Shown here: positions 37,195 through 51,682 of the stretch, in pieces
Layout: every line of letters begins with the position of its first letter
Numbering within the stretch: position 1 is the first letter of the stretch
NCBI GenBank assembly: GCA_030248215.1
Contig: JASANG010001881.1
Span: forward strand, 186,001-250,000
Reading direction: 5' to 3'
Source of the DNA: Enoplolaimus lenunculus
Taxonomy: Eukaryota
Length of the DNA stretch: 64,000 bases
Made by a program: the position numbers and the translations under genes
Notes under the pieces: model-generated
Told to the model about the DNA's origin: nothing
The model's input: only the letters and a program-made list of their open reading frames with translations
The model's database searches: none

Positions 37195-40100
37195 GCTCTC
37201 TGTTGTTGTTTAAAGTAAAAGATATAACTTTCATAATACCGTTCTAATTTGTTATCAATTTAGCAATTATTTTAATATAAAAGAATAAAGAATGAGTTTT
37301 ACACTTCCACGAGATGTCTTAGTATAAATACGGCGTATGTGGCTTATAATTTGAAGTCGTCTTATATTTTGCCATGTCTTTACGCTTCGGAACTGCACTT
37401 TCCGCGGTAAACTTGCTGTAAACGGTTCGGCACGTTTACTGGGTTTTTCTTGTAATAATTTACCCGGTACATAATTGTAAAATACAATACACACCAGGTT
37501 TATTCACCGCACATTATTGGAGGTCGGTATAAACGTTCCTGGTTCAAATTGCACCTTGTCCCTTTTGTTTAAAATTTGAACTGGTTTATTTGAATTAAAA
37601 TACACATTTCTGGTCATATCAAACTTTGTAGGCTTCGCAATTAAAATTTGAAACAACGGTCAACTGGTTTATTAAATTCAGTTTTCTGGCAAAACATATG
37701 ATTTTGGCGAAAAGCCTTGTTGTTACTTTGTAAATAGCGATATTCTTAGCCAAAATTCGGCTGTTTTGTTAAAATATTTGCACTAATATAAGCCACCTAC
37801 AACAGATTTATAATTTTAAGAAATCCCAAAAAATATGTTATTAATTAAGATTAAAAGATAAATTTATGGTTTCAAATGTTCGTATTTTAATGAACATTTT
37901 TTTGGTTTTGGTTCAAAAATATATTACAGTAGCCTATCAGGCAACAGTACAATTCTAGCCAAATGTTCGGGCGTATTCGGTTCTGAAATTATCATCACAC
38001 ATTTTTATAAAAGTTGGAGGCGTTCATTGCACTTATCTGCCGCATGAAGACAATTTTCATTGTAGTTTTAGTTACGACAAGATTTCGCAAAAAAGTAACT
38101 GAAACAATCATTGGCCCAAGTAATGATCAGGGGGAACGTTTTTCTGTGTGACTGCAATAGAGTAAGCTTAAGCTTTAGACTAATTTTGTTGCTTGGCTTA
38201 AACTTAGGCTTAATAGGCTTTGGCTTAGGTATAACCTCATTCGTACGCTTTGGCTTAGGTATAACCTCAGTCGTACGCTTTGGCTCAGGCTTAGGCTCAG
38301 GCTTAGACTCAGGCTTAGGCTTAGGCTTGAAGGCTTTGGAATATGCATATAATACTGTTACGCCACCTGTTGCGTACATTGGCCCTTTCTTTTGACAACA
38401 AATTACCTTTAATATTTATTTTACTTAAATTAGCATGTTTCACATTGTTCGATATTTAGCTTTCTCCGCTGCTGTATGATGTGAATACGTCACCTCTATG
38501 ATAGTTTGCATCTTTATGACGTATGACACTTTGTCCCATTATGGCATTTTGGCCCCACAAAATTAGTCCTTCGTTTGCAGCTGTATTTTTGCTTCCGTTC
38601 GCATCTTGTTTTTTGTTCGGTTGAAAATTTGGAAATTTTTCTCAATAAGATGGTTATTTGAATAGTTAGTTGCTCATAGTACACTCTATGCTGGAAAAGA
38701 TATTAAGAACTCTTGGTCATGAGTAAACAAAGACGATTTGAGCTCTACATTATCCCATGTTGCGTATTCAGTATTTTAACTAAATTCAATATACTTTTTA
38801 ATTAGCAAAAATGTGAATATTTGGTGTGGGTGAATTTAATTTTATGAAACACTGAAACAGGAAAAGTTTACGAATTTAGGAACAAAAAAGTTTTGCTTAA
38901 AAGTCAAAGATTTCAAAATACAATTTCTACCCTGATTGGCAGCGAAAACTTCGCGTCGAATTTGTGACAGTTTTTGTTCCGGGCGGCAAAATGCTTAAAG
39001 ATTTAACAAAAAATTATAAAAAATATACTCAAAGCTGTTAATTCTTGTATATCCGGTGCGTGTAGGTTTGACGTGAATACTTAGCTAAACAAAATTAGGG
39101 CTGTATTTTAAATTTTTACTATTTTGTAAGCCCATCTGTAATTAAATGATTTTTTCGCTGTCTGCTTTCGCTTGAAAGATGTTTTTTTGATTAATCTACT
39201 GAACTGCTATTGATTCTTTGTTCCTACGCAAAAATATTAAAAAGGCATATTATATTTCGCTGAAGAAACGTACAATAGTATTAAAGGTACAAAATATATC
39301 ACAGAGACACGAGTGTAAGCCAGATTTCGTCTTCTGGGCCTATAGAATTTAAACTTCAAACTAAAATTTTTTAATATTCTACAGATATTTTCGACCAACT
39401 TTAAAATGACCATCAAGAAACACTGAGAACATCCGGTAATTTCACACTGTAAAAAATGGCGAGTCAAATCGAATCTCTCGGAAATAGGCTTTTCCTGACT
39501 ACACAAACTGAGTCAGAATTCGACTCCGCCAGAGTCAAACATGCTACTCAGTGAATCGAATTTGACTCGGATGGAGAAGTCGAATTTGACTCAGTTTGTG
39601 TAGTCAGGAAGAGCCTATTGTCGAGAGAGTCAATTTCACTCACCATTTTTTGCATTGCAGGACGAAAATGTAGGCCCTTGTATAGAAAGAATCCGTTCGT
39701 TTTCCGGAGGAGCTGTAACAGAATCAGTTTAAGCGATAGACTAATTGTTTTGCTTAGGCTTAGGTTTAGGAATATGCTTGTACAACTGTTCCAGCCCTGT
39801 TCTATTCATGGGCGGAAATGTACATCGATTTTGTTACCGACAACTGAAAAACATATCCGGTTATTAATACATCACATACTCAAAATGAATTGAGTATACT
39901 CATTGTTTTATCGATTTGACCATAAAGGAACATTTTAAAAATATAAGTTTGAAAACTGCAAAATTTTAAACGTTGCTGTTTTCTGAGAAACCATAATGTT
40001 TGTTATTCGTGTTATTAATCAGTAAAGAATGTTTTTCAGTCATTTCATTGTTTAATTTCTTAATCCAAAAATTACTAAAACTTGAATGAGAAATTGAGTC

Positions 40101-41356
40101 AAAATATTTTTGTTACATTGCGTTATGGTTAATTAAATTTTTTCGGAACACTGATAAAATTATTGAAATTTCAAGAATTTTAACCTATTTGCTATTATAA
40201 GTTTGTAAGCGGCTTTATTGAGTTTAAGAATCCCGTTTAACAGCTGAATTCTGTTTTCGTTAATTTTAATTTCTGAAGTTTGATTCGTAAAATTTGCACA
40301 TTAATTTAATGCTTCAATTAACTAAAAGTTCGTCCCAAAATAGGTCGAATTCAAGCATTATTCAGCTGAGGTTATATTCTTTTTCTACACTAAAAATGCC
40401 GTAGTTGCATTCGTTTTTTTCAAGAAATACATTCATAGATTTCTAGTAAATTTTCAAATTGTAATCATATTAGATATTAATTTAGAAGTAAAGCCGTATT
40501 CACACGTGCAAATTTTTGTTGCGAGAACTTGCAACTACAACTTGCACTTGCAAGTTTTGTCCAAAATCCCGTTCGAAAAACTTGCAGCTGCAAATAATTC
40601 ATTAAAAATCTTAGTTAGGAATTTAACTCAAATGTGTGAATAACCATGCAAGTTCACTCGATTTATTGCAGCCGCTTTCTCATTGGCTGATTAAAAATGC
40701 AAGTTCTGCATGCAGTTTGCAGCTGCAAATTCTCGCAACAAAAACTTGCACGTGTGAATAGGGCTTATGTGTCTGGATAAAGCGATTTTCACACATTTGT
40801 TCTACGTTGTCTTTGAAACAGCTCAAAACATGCGTTTTTGTTGAATGTTTTCAGCTAAAAAACAACAAGTTTAAGTTCACATTTCAAGGTTTTTCCGCAA
40901 AAAAATTATAGTTGACAGTGACGGGCGTTAAAATTAAATTAACGCCATATGTTTAGTATCATAGCGGCTTCGCTTTTGCATAGTAAATCGATAATGTTCT
41001 ATAGTTAAAATGGTGTATAGTAAATTTTAAATGTAATAGTTTTAATTGGCAAATGTTGTGTTTTGCTTCAATTTTACAACAGTTATACTTCTGGATCGGT
41101 ACCATGACCATTACTCGCCAGACAACTTATCGACCGACAGTTTGTAACTCTGGTTTATGCGACAATTAGTTCGCTGGTCAGCTTTAGGTTTTATCTTAAA
41201 TTTTTGGCGTCAGGCTTAGGTTTAGGGTTAGACATCTTTCAGATATAACAGGTTGTTGTGCGATGAATTGTTATTCGTCCGTTTGGGACATGCATTCTCA
41301 AATGTATGTAGCTTGTAGAACCTAAAGGTCTCGAGAAAAATTGATATAAACCAACG

Positions 41357-41767
41357 GGCCAATGTTATTATTAGGGCCGTGCCAATAGATTAAGCGTATT
41401 CCTAAGCCTAAGCCTAGTGCCAGTAGATTAAGCGTATTCCTAAGCCTAAGCCTGGTGCCAGTAGATTAAGCGTATTCCTAAGCCTAAGCCTAGTGCCAGT
41501 AGATTAAGCGAATTCCTAAGCCTAAGCCTAGTGCCAGTAGATTAAGCGTATTCCTAAGCCTAAGCCTGGTGCCAGTAGATTAAGCGTAGTCCTAAGCTTA
41601 AGCCTAGTGCCAGTAGATTAAGCGTATTCCTAAGCCTAAGCCTAAGGCTAAGCGTTGCACAAGTGTGTTCCTAAACCTAAGCCAAGCAAAAAATGTAATC
41701 TAGAATCTAAACCTGCTGTTTTATAGACCCACCAGAAACCTGGACGTCCCTAAAAGTAACACGGGCC
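41357..41767. mobile_element. TTAGGC-containing MITE, subfamily C (GGCC[A/C]ATGTTACTTTTAG TIR), here with an internal 38-bp tandem array
   Basis: TIRs GGCCAATGTTATTATTAGGG / CCCTAAAAGTAACACGGGCC; TSD aaccaacg / aaccagcg. Related copies at ~8735-8950, 12428-12611, 16127-16294, 49112-49294, 54869-55058. Confidence 0.85.
41379..41645 (+). repeat. Minisatellite, 7 x 38 bp
   Basis: Unit GTGCCAGTAGATTAAGCGTATTCCTAAGCCTAAGCCT[A/G] starting at 41379, 41417, 41455, 41493, 41531, 41569, 41607. Confidence 0.95.
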
Positions 41768-44700
41768 AACCAGCGAATGACGACTTTTGAAATTTGACAC
41801 ATTTTTAATATTTGATTTTTTCCGTTGCTACTGTACAAACGGTCCACCACGCAGCTGAGGCTTTACTTGGCAGTGTAAGAAGGAAATGACTTATTACTAA
41901 CTGGTAATAGATGCTAATCACAGTTAACCCTTTCTCACATGCATATTTTCAATTTTATATAAGATGCACTTTCAAGGTAAAATTCTATCCCCAGTCTCTC
42001 GTGTGGGAGGCGTTTACGATGACCACTGAGCTATAGGAGCTTGACGCTCGAGCCCGATGGGGCTCTCACGTCTTGTAGAGATTTTGCACTACACATATAT
42101 GTTAGAATTGTTAAACACTGCTCACAGTGTAAGGTATAGAATACGCAAGAATTTCAAAGATACGATGAAAAGTTGGAAGTAGGGGGCAACGGGCTCCGAG
42201 GGGGCCCAAAGAATCAACTTTGGCAGGGCTGAATTTGCAACCCAACTGGACAGACATCTTTATGTTGGGTAAATGTCGAGTAGAAACAGTTGGAAGATGA
42301 AATGCTCTCGGTGTTGAAAGTTTTAGCTCAAAATTATAATTGAAATATTGTTGCAGACTGTGAATATTATCAAGATTTATCATTCATCGAATTTTTTCAG
42401 TCAATCACTTATTAAATTCAGTTTAAAACTGCACTGCAGTGACCCGAATAAAGGGGGTTAATAAAAAGGGGTGCATTTTGAGTCCCAATCAATAGGAGTC
42501 CGTATCCCTAATAAGCGTCTGTAAGCGGATAGATTCCCTAAACCCTATTAATTATAATCCGTAAATGTCTATTATACCTTATTGTAGTGCATAAATGACT
42601 CCAGGGTCAAATAAAGTTGAGTTTGAAACTTAATGCCTTCTCAGTTTTGAAAGTGCATCCCAACGTATAAAGCTTGCATTACCGCTCAAGCTTTTGATAC
42701 AAGACAAATAAACGTTAATTCAACAAATAGTTGCAATACTGTATATTTAACTGTAACGACGGGCAGCGGAGGGCTGGTTAAAAATAAACAACAGTTCGTA
42801 ATCGAATAACAGGCGGGGTTGACTCTGGAGAGGCCAAATAAATGTCAGTCCCCCTCTTATTCGTGTCACTACAGTTTTTTTGTAAAAGTTTTCAGAAAAT
42901 AGATTAGTTGCACAAAAACGGTGAAAATTATCATAAAAAATTGTCAAAATTCTGTTAATTTTTGTGTTATATAACTTGTATTTTCGTGAAACAGCTGGAA
43001 CACTGCTTTTGTTGCTTGGGGCCACATGTGGCCAATAAAGATAATTCCTTATGAAACGATGCGGGATTAAGCGACCATAGGCGTCTGACTTTAACCAGGT
43101 GAATAGTTACTTTGACCGAAAGGGGGTTATCAACCAGAAAAAGGGGTCAAAATATGAAGAAAAACTTGGATTGTGAAAGACCCGGCCTCCCCCCACTTGG
43201 AAAAACGACAGAAAGACAGGCAATTTATATTTCTTTCCTTATTTGTTTCTAAGGTTACCGGTAATTTGTGTAAAATTCATGCATCGGTACACTGTCGATT
43301 TCGAAGAGTTATCAACTCAGAGAAAGAATTAGATATTTTTGCTTGTTTCTGAGTCAGTAACAGAAAACATTAACTTACTCTGAGATGATTTAATTGTGGG
43401 TTAGTTGATTAAAACCTCAGAATGAGTCAAATCAATTCAGAGTTCTGAGTGCTGAAACACCTAATTCAGAGCTCAGACCCATGAGTAGATTTAACTCATT
43501 CTGAGTTGAAATCAACTCACTGAAATTTACAGTGTATGCTAATCGTATACTTTATACAACTGTGTTTGTAAGAAACTGCAGCTGCATTGAACTTTAATGA
43601 CGTGGTCACTGAATTGCGTCATATATGGTTGAATAACACACGGATTTGATTTGAAATAATTTTTGTTCTGAGTTTGAGTAACATTTTAAAATGAACAACT
43701 TCTGATTATTTGAGGCAAAAGTCACGTTTATATTTTACAGACAGTAATTGCCAATTTTTAATATCATGTGAAATTAATATATATTTAATTTTATATGATA
43801 GTTTATTATAAATACTACAAATTAGCAATTACCAGGACGTGACCGGATATCGGTTTCCGGTAAAAATCGGCATCTGTTTCCGTTTCCGTTATAGAAATAA
43901 CGGATATTCTTTTATTGGTACGCTGAAAATTAGTTGTAAAAATCATGTGTTGATCTCTGTAATTTTGCATTGCAGATATGCTGTAATGTTTGAAATGAAA
44001 TAAAACACAAAAATTATCCAAAATCTTAAAAATTTCGATGCATCCGCTATTTTTTCTCCACAATTTTAGAAAACTTGGAAATATTTGCAAGCCTCAATTG
44101 TGTTGGCAGAAAAATGAACCATCTTTGAAACTCACGCGTTGCGTTTTTGGCCTACCCCCCTTGTTTAGGGGGTCTGTATGCAGTTTTATATCGTAGTAAT
44201 CCTAAGAGCAAAGTGTAACCCCTCCTTGTTTAAGGGGAGTAGGTGTACTGAAGCATACTTTATTGTTAATCTTTTGCTTAAACCCACCTGATTGAGGTGG
44301 GTGGAACACAAATGCAACGCGTTCTGGTACATTTAGTACCATGCACAGCCCAATCAGTTGCACACTCTTCTGCAAGGTGGACATCATCCACTCTTGTTAT
44401 TACTAACACAATGTAAATTTCGATGGATTGATTAATCAACTCAGCTAGAGAGTTACTTATTTCTGAGCTAATAGCAGATAACATTAACTCACATTCAGTT
44501 GAATTGATTCTTACTCTGAGTTCAGTTTATTCCGGGTAAGTTGAATAATTAAGTTAGAGTGAGATTTATTTACTCAGAATTCTGAGTTCTGAAAGCCCTA
44601 ACTCAGACTGAGTGTTTCAACACATTCTGAGTTCAAATTAACTCACTCGGATTTACAGTGCAGATACTAAACCTTCAAAATTACGGCTTATTAATAAATT

Positions 44701-47700
44701 AAACTAGTCAACGTGGTTGCAAATTTGCAGCCCAAAACATCCTTCTCAAACTTTATCATATATGATGTCTGTTGCGGGTATATGAGACATTCATTGCAAC
44801 AGCTAGAACGATGCCAAAAATACGTATATGGGGTGTTCCAGCTTTAATATAGGTATTGTGATGTCGAATAGCCTATATGCGATTGTCGATATAACAAAAC
44901 TAACATTTTTTACATGAACCACCAGGAAAGTGTGAGGATAGGTATCAGTATTTTAACTGACTCTCAAACCATCTTGTACACTGTAAAAAATGGTGGGTCA
45001 AATTCATTTTTTGCGAAGTAGGCTTTTCCTGACTACACAAACTGAGTCAAATTCGACTCAATCTGACTCTAGCGCAGTCAAATTTTGACTCAGTTTGTGT
45101 AGACAGGAAAAGCCTATTTGGGACAGAGTCCAAATGACTCACCATTGTTTGCAGTGTAATTTGTTATAATTTCACAAGAGATTTTGTTTATCTTTGATAT
45201 TTCTATTGGGAAGGTATGTCAAAAATTAACTCAATTGTTATTGTAATATTTTCACAGCTTTTCAGCAAATTTTACTTCTAATTTTTTACGCGAAATTATA
45301 AAAATACCAGATAACAATTTATGAAATTTCAGTTGTATCCAAACATAAACGAATCATTTTTCAAATTATTGCAGTCTCTCACAATTTCAGTTTGTTTCCG
45401 TTTTCAGTATTTTGATCGCTACCCGCCTCAAACATCCCGTCAATCAATATTGATATACACTGTAAATTCCAGTGAATTGATTTAAACTCAACGTGAGTTG
45501 AATCCACTCAGAAGCCTGAGCTCTGAATTAGGTGTTTTAGAACTCAGTAATCTGAATTGAGTGAACTCATTTTGGGTTAATTAATCAACTCACACAGAAT
45601 TACATCAGATCAGACTGAGTTATTATTTACTGTTATTAACTCAGAAATACTTAATTCTCTGCCTGAGTTAATAAAGCAACTCATTGGAATCTACAGTGTA
45701 ATTTCTTTTGAAATGTTAGTTGATTGTACAACTAATAGCCTACTAACCCGATAAGGAGTTAATTAGGCAAATATATTAAAAAACCTAAAAATATAAATTT
45801 TATGTGTTTGATAGACTTAATTACAAGAGTCAAACCCGCCTGAGGTTGCGATTATAAAGTCTTAGCTTTACCCGGTTCCTCATAGGTATATCAACTAAAT
45901 TACAAATTGTATGCTCGCAATGGCCCATGAATATAACAGCGCCGGTTCGTTTGTCTGCGGGGCTGTACTAGAGTCAGTTTAAGCTTTAAACTAACTTTTT
46001 TGCCAAGCCATACGTTTAGCAATAGGTTAATTCTTACGTTTAGGCTTAGGCTTACGAATCTGGTTATACTACAGTGCCGGCCCTATTCTATTCATGGCCT
46101 TCACAATATACATAAACAGTGCGCAGTGTTCTACAATTCTTGAGCGTAAGTGCAGTATAAAATCTCCACAAGACGTAAGAAAACTTCCAACTTAAGCTTC
46201 AAGCTCTTATAGCTAATTTTTTATGGCAAACGCCTCTCAAACCAGAAACTGGTATTGCAGAGTTACATTGAAATTAGGTTTCAGGTAAAATAGAAAATAT
46301 TCGTGTGACAAAACAGTAAACCCAAATGCTTCATGATAAACTGCGCATGAGCAAACAAGGCTTAAAGCTGTAATATGGTCTTCCGTGAACAGAAACTGAT
46401 ACTTTTGTTTTATAAACTGCCGGCACAAATTCTAAGTACTCATTTTCATAACTTAAAAGCTTATAAAGTTTTAGGTTGAAATTTGACTAAAGGTCGATGA
46501 TATCGTTTATTAGTCCCTTTATCAAAAGTCAATAACGACTCTTTTTACAAGAGTGTGCAACTGAGGAAATTCGGTGTACCAACGAACGTACCCAACGCAC
46601 GTTGTAATATTGTTGCAAAGTTGCTCAAAATACGTATGTGGGGCTTTCTAGCTTTAATAATATATATGGATGTTCAGGCTGACGATTAGGCTCAGGCTTT
46701 GGCTTAAAGTGAAGACTTAGTCTTAAGGTTTGAGCATTAGGATTATATAAACCATTTCTAAAACCTAAGTCTAAGCCTAATCCTAAGCATTGTAGAACAA
46801 GCGTATAAGAGCCGTTTATACTCAATAAATCCTGAAAAAATAGCCATTTTTTTCAACCACTTTTATTATGAACTAAAAACCAAACGATCGGACCTGATAC
46901 AGGATGGCCTTGAAAAGTTTCAACTTGGCTTGTACGTCATGTGAAACCCTTGCATGCCCCTTCTAAAAATTTTCAGAAATCTTAGCAACAGACTAAAGGT
47001 TTGTGATCTTGTTTGACGACTACACTTCATATCCCGATTCGAAATAATACGAATTTTTACTAAACAAAATGTAATATTTGTAATTTTTTATAGGTTTTGT
47101 AAGCGAAGGCGCAAAAAAACCAAGATACCCAGGCCTCGGGTTCTGTTTGGGGGTCCTTAGAGATAGTTCCAGCTGAAATTGTGACGTACATCACAAACCC
47201 TGTTTGCCGAAAGCTTACAAATGTATCTTTATCGTGTCAGATCTGACAAATTACAAGTTTGGCCAAAGAAAAATATTTGTTGCTAAATTTCGTATGTGAA
47301 GTTTGATCGGCTTATATTTGTTTGTTGTTACCTTGCGGTAAATCGTTGGATTACCTTCGTCTATTTTGAACAGCTGTTTTTGGTGTCTTTCAAATAATTA
47401 CCGTGAACCAAGCCTGAAACAATTTTGTAGCTATGTAATTATAACATAAAATATTTTTGTAACCCAAGACGTTGTTTCATTAATTTTTAGCTTATATTTA
47501 TTATTAATCTTGCATAGATTGATTGCAGCAGTCGCAAAATTGTATCGGCCAAAATTAATTTTAACAACTTTAATGTAATTCGTGGTTATACCTTTCGCCT
47601 CTTAATTCTACTGATATCGATGATTGCTAAAAATAGCTGAAACCAATTTTGTAGCCGTGTAAACATTAGCTTATAACTGGTTTAAAAACTACAAAATATT

Positions 47701-48719
47701 GGCCAAAATATTTCTATAACCTAAGGTGTTATTATTAATTTTTGGTTAACCCTTATGACGGTGCTTAGATTCGTTTGCCTAATAATCATAATTAAGCGAG
47801 ATGGCGCATCCGGTTCTCGTCTCTGTTTTACGGTAATAAAATTATTAAAAGATCAATAGACCAGGGTGCAAGCGGAGGTAAAAACCACAACCAAAGCTGG
47901 AGGTAATCAAATGGATTACATTTTGCCAATGATGCAGGGGTCACGTTATAACTTGGGCGGCTTGGAATATGTTTTGTCCATGTTGATTCAATGTGAACAT
48001 GAATTGTTATGATCTAAATAGCGGATATGCAGGCAACATGTAAATGTCACATATTGGCTTACAGACCACTGCTCTCAAGCGATCATCGTATACAAGCAGA
48101 CATTTGTCAAAAGATACCGCATGACATTTGTATGAAATTTATGCCAATATCATGCATATGATATTCCAAAATTCTAACAAATACCACATGACATTATGCA
48201 GGACAATGTAATTTTAACGCACTAATAAAATAAGAAACGAAGTAGCAAATAATTTCAAACGTTGCATCAGCTCTTTGGTTCTTGTTTCCGACAGAAATTC
48301 CCCCTAATTCTATTCTTAAATGCAAAAAATTCAAATTTCAAATAATAGTATCATAGCTATTCATCAGGACAATTTGATTATGTTACTTCAGGTACGAAGA
48401 CACTTGGAAACATATCATACGATACTCGCAGACAATATGTAGCATATCATATGATGTTGCAGTACAAACGGTGGCTGTCACATCAGGATATCAGACAACT
48501 CAATTTTTTAATTGTCATCAGATTAACATTCAGACAAAATGTCATCCGCTATACTAATAGAAATCGTCAAAACGTGTTCCGGGTTGTCCCAATTATAACG
48601 TGAACGCCGCATGACGCCGATAGGAAAGATAAAGTGAGAAAGAGGATATGACGCCACTGTGGGCGTTCGCGTAGACAAATTAAAACATTGTCCATTGCGA
48701 CATCCTACGACCTTATATA

Positions 48720-48971
48720 CACTGTAAATTTCAGTGAGTTCATTTTAACTCAGAATGAGTTGAATCACTCAGTCTGAGTTAGGACTATCAGAACTCAAAA
48801 TTTTGAGTTGATTCAATTCAGTGTGAGTTAATTAACCAACTCACCCAAAGTTAACTTAACTCAGAGTAAGAATCAACTCAACTCGGAGTGAGTTTATGTT
48901 TACTGATATTAATTCAGAAATAACCAACTCACTAGCTGAATTGATTAATCAACTCATCGGAATTTACAGTG
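48720..48971. mobile_element. TA-target MITE with CACTGTAAATT TIRs (~250 bp, GAGTT/AACTC-rich)
   Basis: TA|CACTGTAAATTTCAGTGAGTT ... AACTCATCGGAATTTACAGTG|TA. Copies at 1845-2071, 6247-6493, 35331-35582, 43290-43534, 44408-44660, 45458-45698, 51289-51534, ~55440-55794 (Helitron-interrupted); related family CACTGTAAAAAATGG at ~17030-17122, 39445-39655, 44979-45156. Confidence 0.9.
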
Positions 48972-51682
48972 TACTCTGTGTACGCCGATAGGAAATATCG
49001 GTTTATGCTCTGTATATTAAGACCTATCACCAACTGACGATAGAAATTTCACCCGTCATTTCAAAACAACATACAAACTTAGTTTTCTAAAATAATTTTA
49101 CGTTTGTTTTGCGGCCTATGTTACTTTAACGGGCGTTCAGGTTTCTATTGGGTCGATAAAACAGTAGGTTTTAGATTCTACAATAGCGTTTTTTTGCTTA
49201 GGCTTAGGCGTAGGATGAGGAACACATTTTTGCAACGCTTAGGTTTAGGAATACGCTTAATTTACTGTTACGCCTCTAAAAGTAACATTGGCCGTTTTTG
49301 CTGTGCGATATTACGGAAATAATTCAACGCAAAATAATAAACTAATTTACGTTTAGAAAATAAAATTATTTTTCTATCAAAAAATACCTGAAGGAATAAG
49401 ATGTTTTCAACTGACTGTATGACCGCAAAACTTTAAGCTTACAAACAATAGCCGAATCATTACGTAGGAGGCTTGTAAAACGGTTTATTTTGTGTTTCAA
49501 TTCTAACTTTTAACCAGAATAGCAGGTGTGAAACATTTCGGCCACATCCTACTCAATAATTGACATATATACATGCAAATACGGTAAAATATATTCATTC
49601 TCAGAAATCCAATGGGCAAACGAAAACATGTATATATTGTCAATTGTGTTTAAGAGCATTCATTACAAGTTGGTAATCGGTAAGTTTTGTAACTTTCGAA
49701 CAAATTTCGAAGAGGATAATAGACATTGGTTCATATAACAGCCCCTGACAAATTCAACAGCAACACCCAGGTTGTTCCCAGCGACAGGTGTTGAACCAAA
49801 ATTTTGTTACTAAAGTTGCTTTTAGCTTCTAGCGCGGTTTACTTGCGACAGCTTTTAAGCTGTGTGTCATATCGCGGGCTTGTGTCGTCGGAAATTTGTG
49901 TCTCCGAAATTTTCATTCACTGGTTCAAAAGTACCAAGGGTAGTCATTAACTGAAGACATATTCTCTATACACAGATGAGTATCAAATTGCCAAATGCAA
50001 CGGGATTGGCAAAACCTACCGGCGCCGCGCGGCCAATGAAAAGAACACTGGCGGAACAGTATTATAAGCATATCCCTGAACCTAATCTAAAGCCTAAGCC
50101 TAAGCCTAAGCCTAAGCCTAGGCAAAAAAAATTAGTCTAAAGCTTAAGCTTTCTCTATTGCAGTCCCACAAATAAACATTCCGCCCCTGATCTTTACATG
50201 CGCCCTATGAGCAATAATAATGCCGTCTGACACCGGATAGCAACGCAAGTGAATTACCGCACCTCATGGCACCCAATTGTAACTTTATTACTTTCGGCAA
50301 ACGCTGGGCACATGAGCTGTTGACGTATTTCGGCATTGCAGAAACTTATGAAATTGTGTGTGAAAAATGGTAACAAACTCCCAAGTGGTCAAGGCACAAC
50401 TTTGAAGAAATTTCAGGAATATTTTTAAAATCAAAACAGCCGAAACTTCCGGCAAAAATGAACTCCTGCAAGATGTCGAGTTTCAGTGGGAATCCGAGCC
50501 TGAAACAAACCAGTTTAAGTTTACAAAATGCGAAAACTTTTCCATTGACAAGTCAGAGATTAAGCATTGAAATCAAAAACCTGTAGCGATACACATATGG
50601 TATGTATGTATATACATATATCAGAGAGTAATCGGATATTCGTCAGTTTTAGGTATCCGGTTGCACCTTTATATATACTAAACTGCCAGCTTTGCGCAAT
50701 ACACAAAGTTAGCGAAAACACAAAAATTTGCGTGCAAATTTTTCACAGAACGAAGAACAATCAATCACGTGTATTTCCTAAGAAATTTTTGTAAACAAAG
50801 TAATGCTTGAAATATGCCCAAAATACGTATGTGGTGCGTTCCAGCTTTACTATATAGATATCACGGTTCAACCGGAATTCCTGCAAAAACTCAAATCATG
50901 TTCACGCATTCACAGATGCAGAGGCAAGAATTATAACGGTTTCGTGCAAACTCACTCATAATCATTAAATATTTGAATTACTGACTTAAAAATTTGCAAT
51001 TAGTTCAATGTTTTGTTTTAATAAACTGTTAGATTAAAAATCTGATGTGGTTTCCCAAAATTTTTTGCTAAAATAACACAAAATTCGCTTAAACCATTTT
51101 TTTGATTAGATTTCTGAAAAGTTCAAAGCAATTCGGGAATAAAAAATTTTTCAAATTCCAGTTCCTGTTCGTGTTCCGGCAAAATCAGTTCCTGTCGGAA
51201 CCCTGACATATATATAGACAAATAGAATCTCTTAACCTAAGTTTTGCACATCTTTTCATAATTTGGTGCTCAATCACTTACACTACTACACTGTGAATTC
51301 CAATGATTTCAACTCGGACGAAAAGCTAATTATTTCAGAGTTAATAATATTAAACTTTAAACTCACTCTGAGTTGAGTTGATTCTCACTTCGAGTTGTGT
51401 TCATTCCGGGAAAGTTGATTAATTAAATCAGAATAAGTTGTATCAACTCAGAATTATGAGTTCTTATAGTCCTAACTCAAACTGAGTGATTCAACTCATT
51501 CTGAGTTAAAATCAACTCACTGAAATTTACAGTGTGATGTTTTTATTTATACATTTCAGCAGTTATAAAGTAAATAAACTCATATTTGAACGCAAAATCA
51601 ATTTAAAGCGTAATAAATTATTATCTTAAAAGTTATCAAGTAAACTAAAACATTTTAGAAAATATATTAAATTTAACAAAAA

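Noticed and set aside
37320..37660. Possible two-exon minus-strand fragment (…MTRNVYFNSNKPVQILNKRDKVQFEPGTF…/KFTAESAVPKRKDMAKY…)
   Set aside because: Phases are compatible but splice sites are weak and no family is recognisable; cannot be supported without transcripts.
41379..41645. CRISPR-like appearance of the 38-bp (and 20-bp) arrays
   Set aside because: Units are contiguous with no unique spacers, no cas genes, eukaryotic context.
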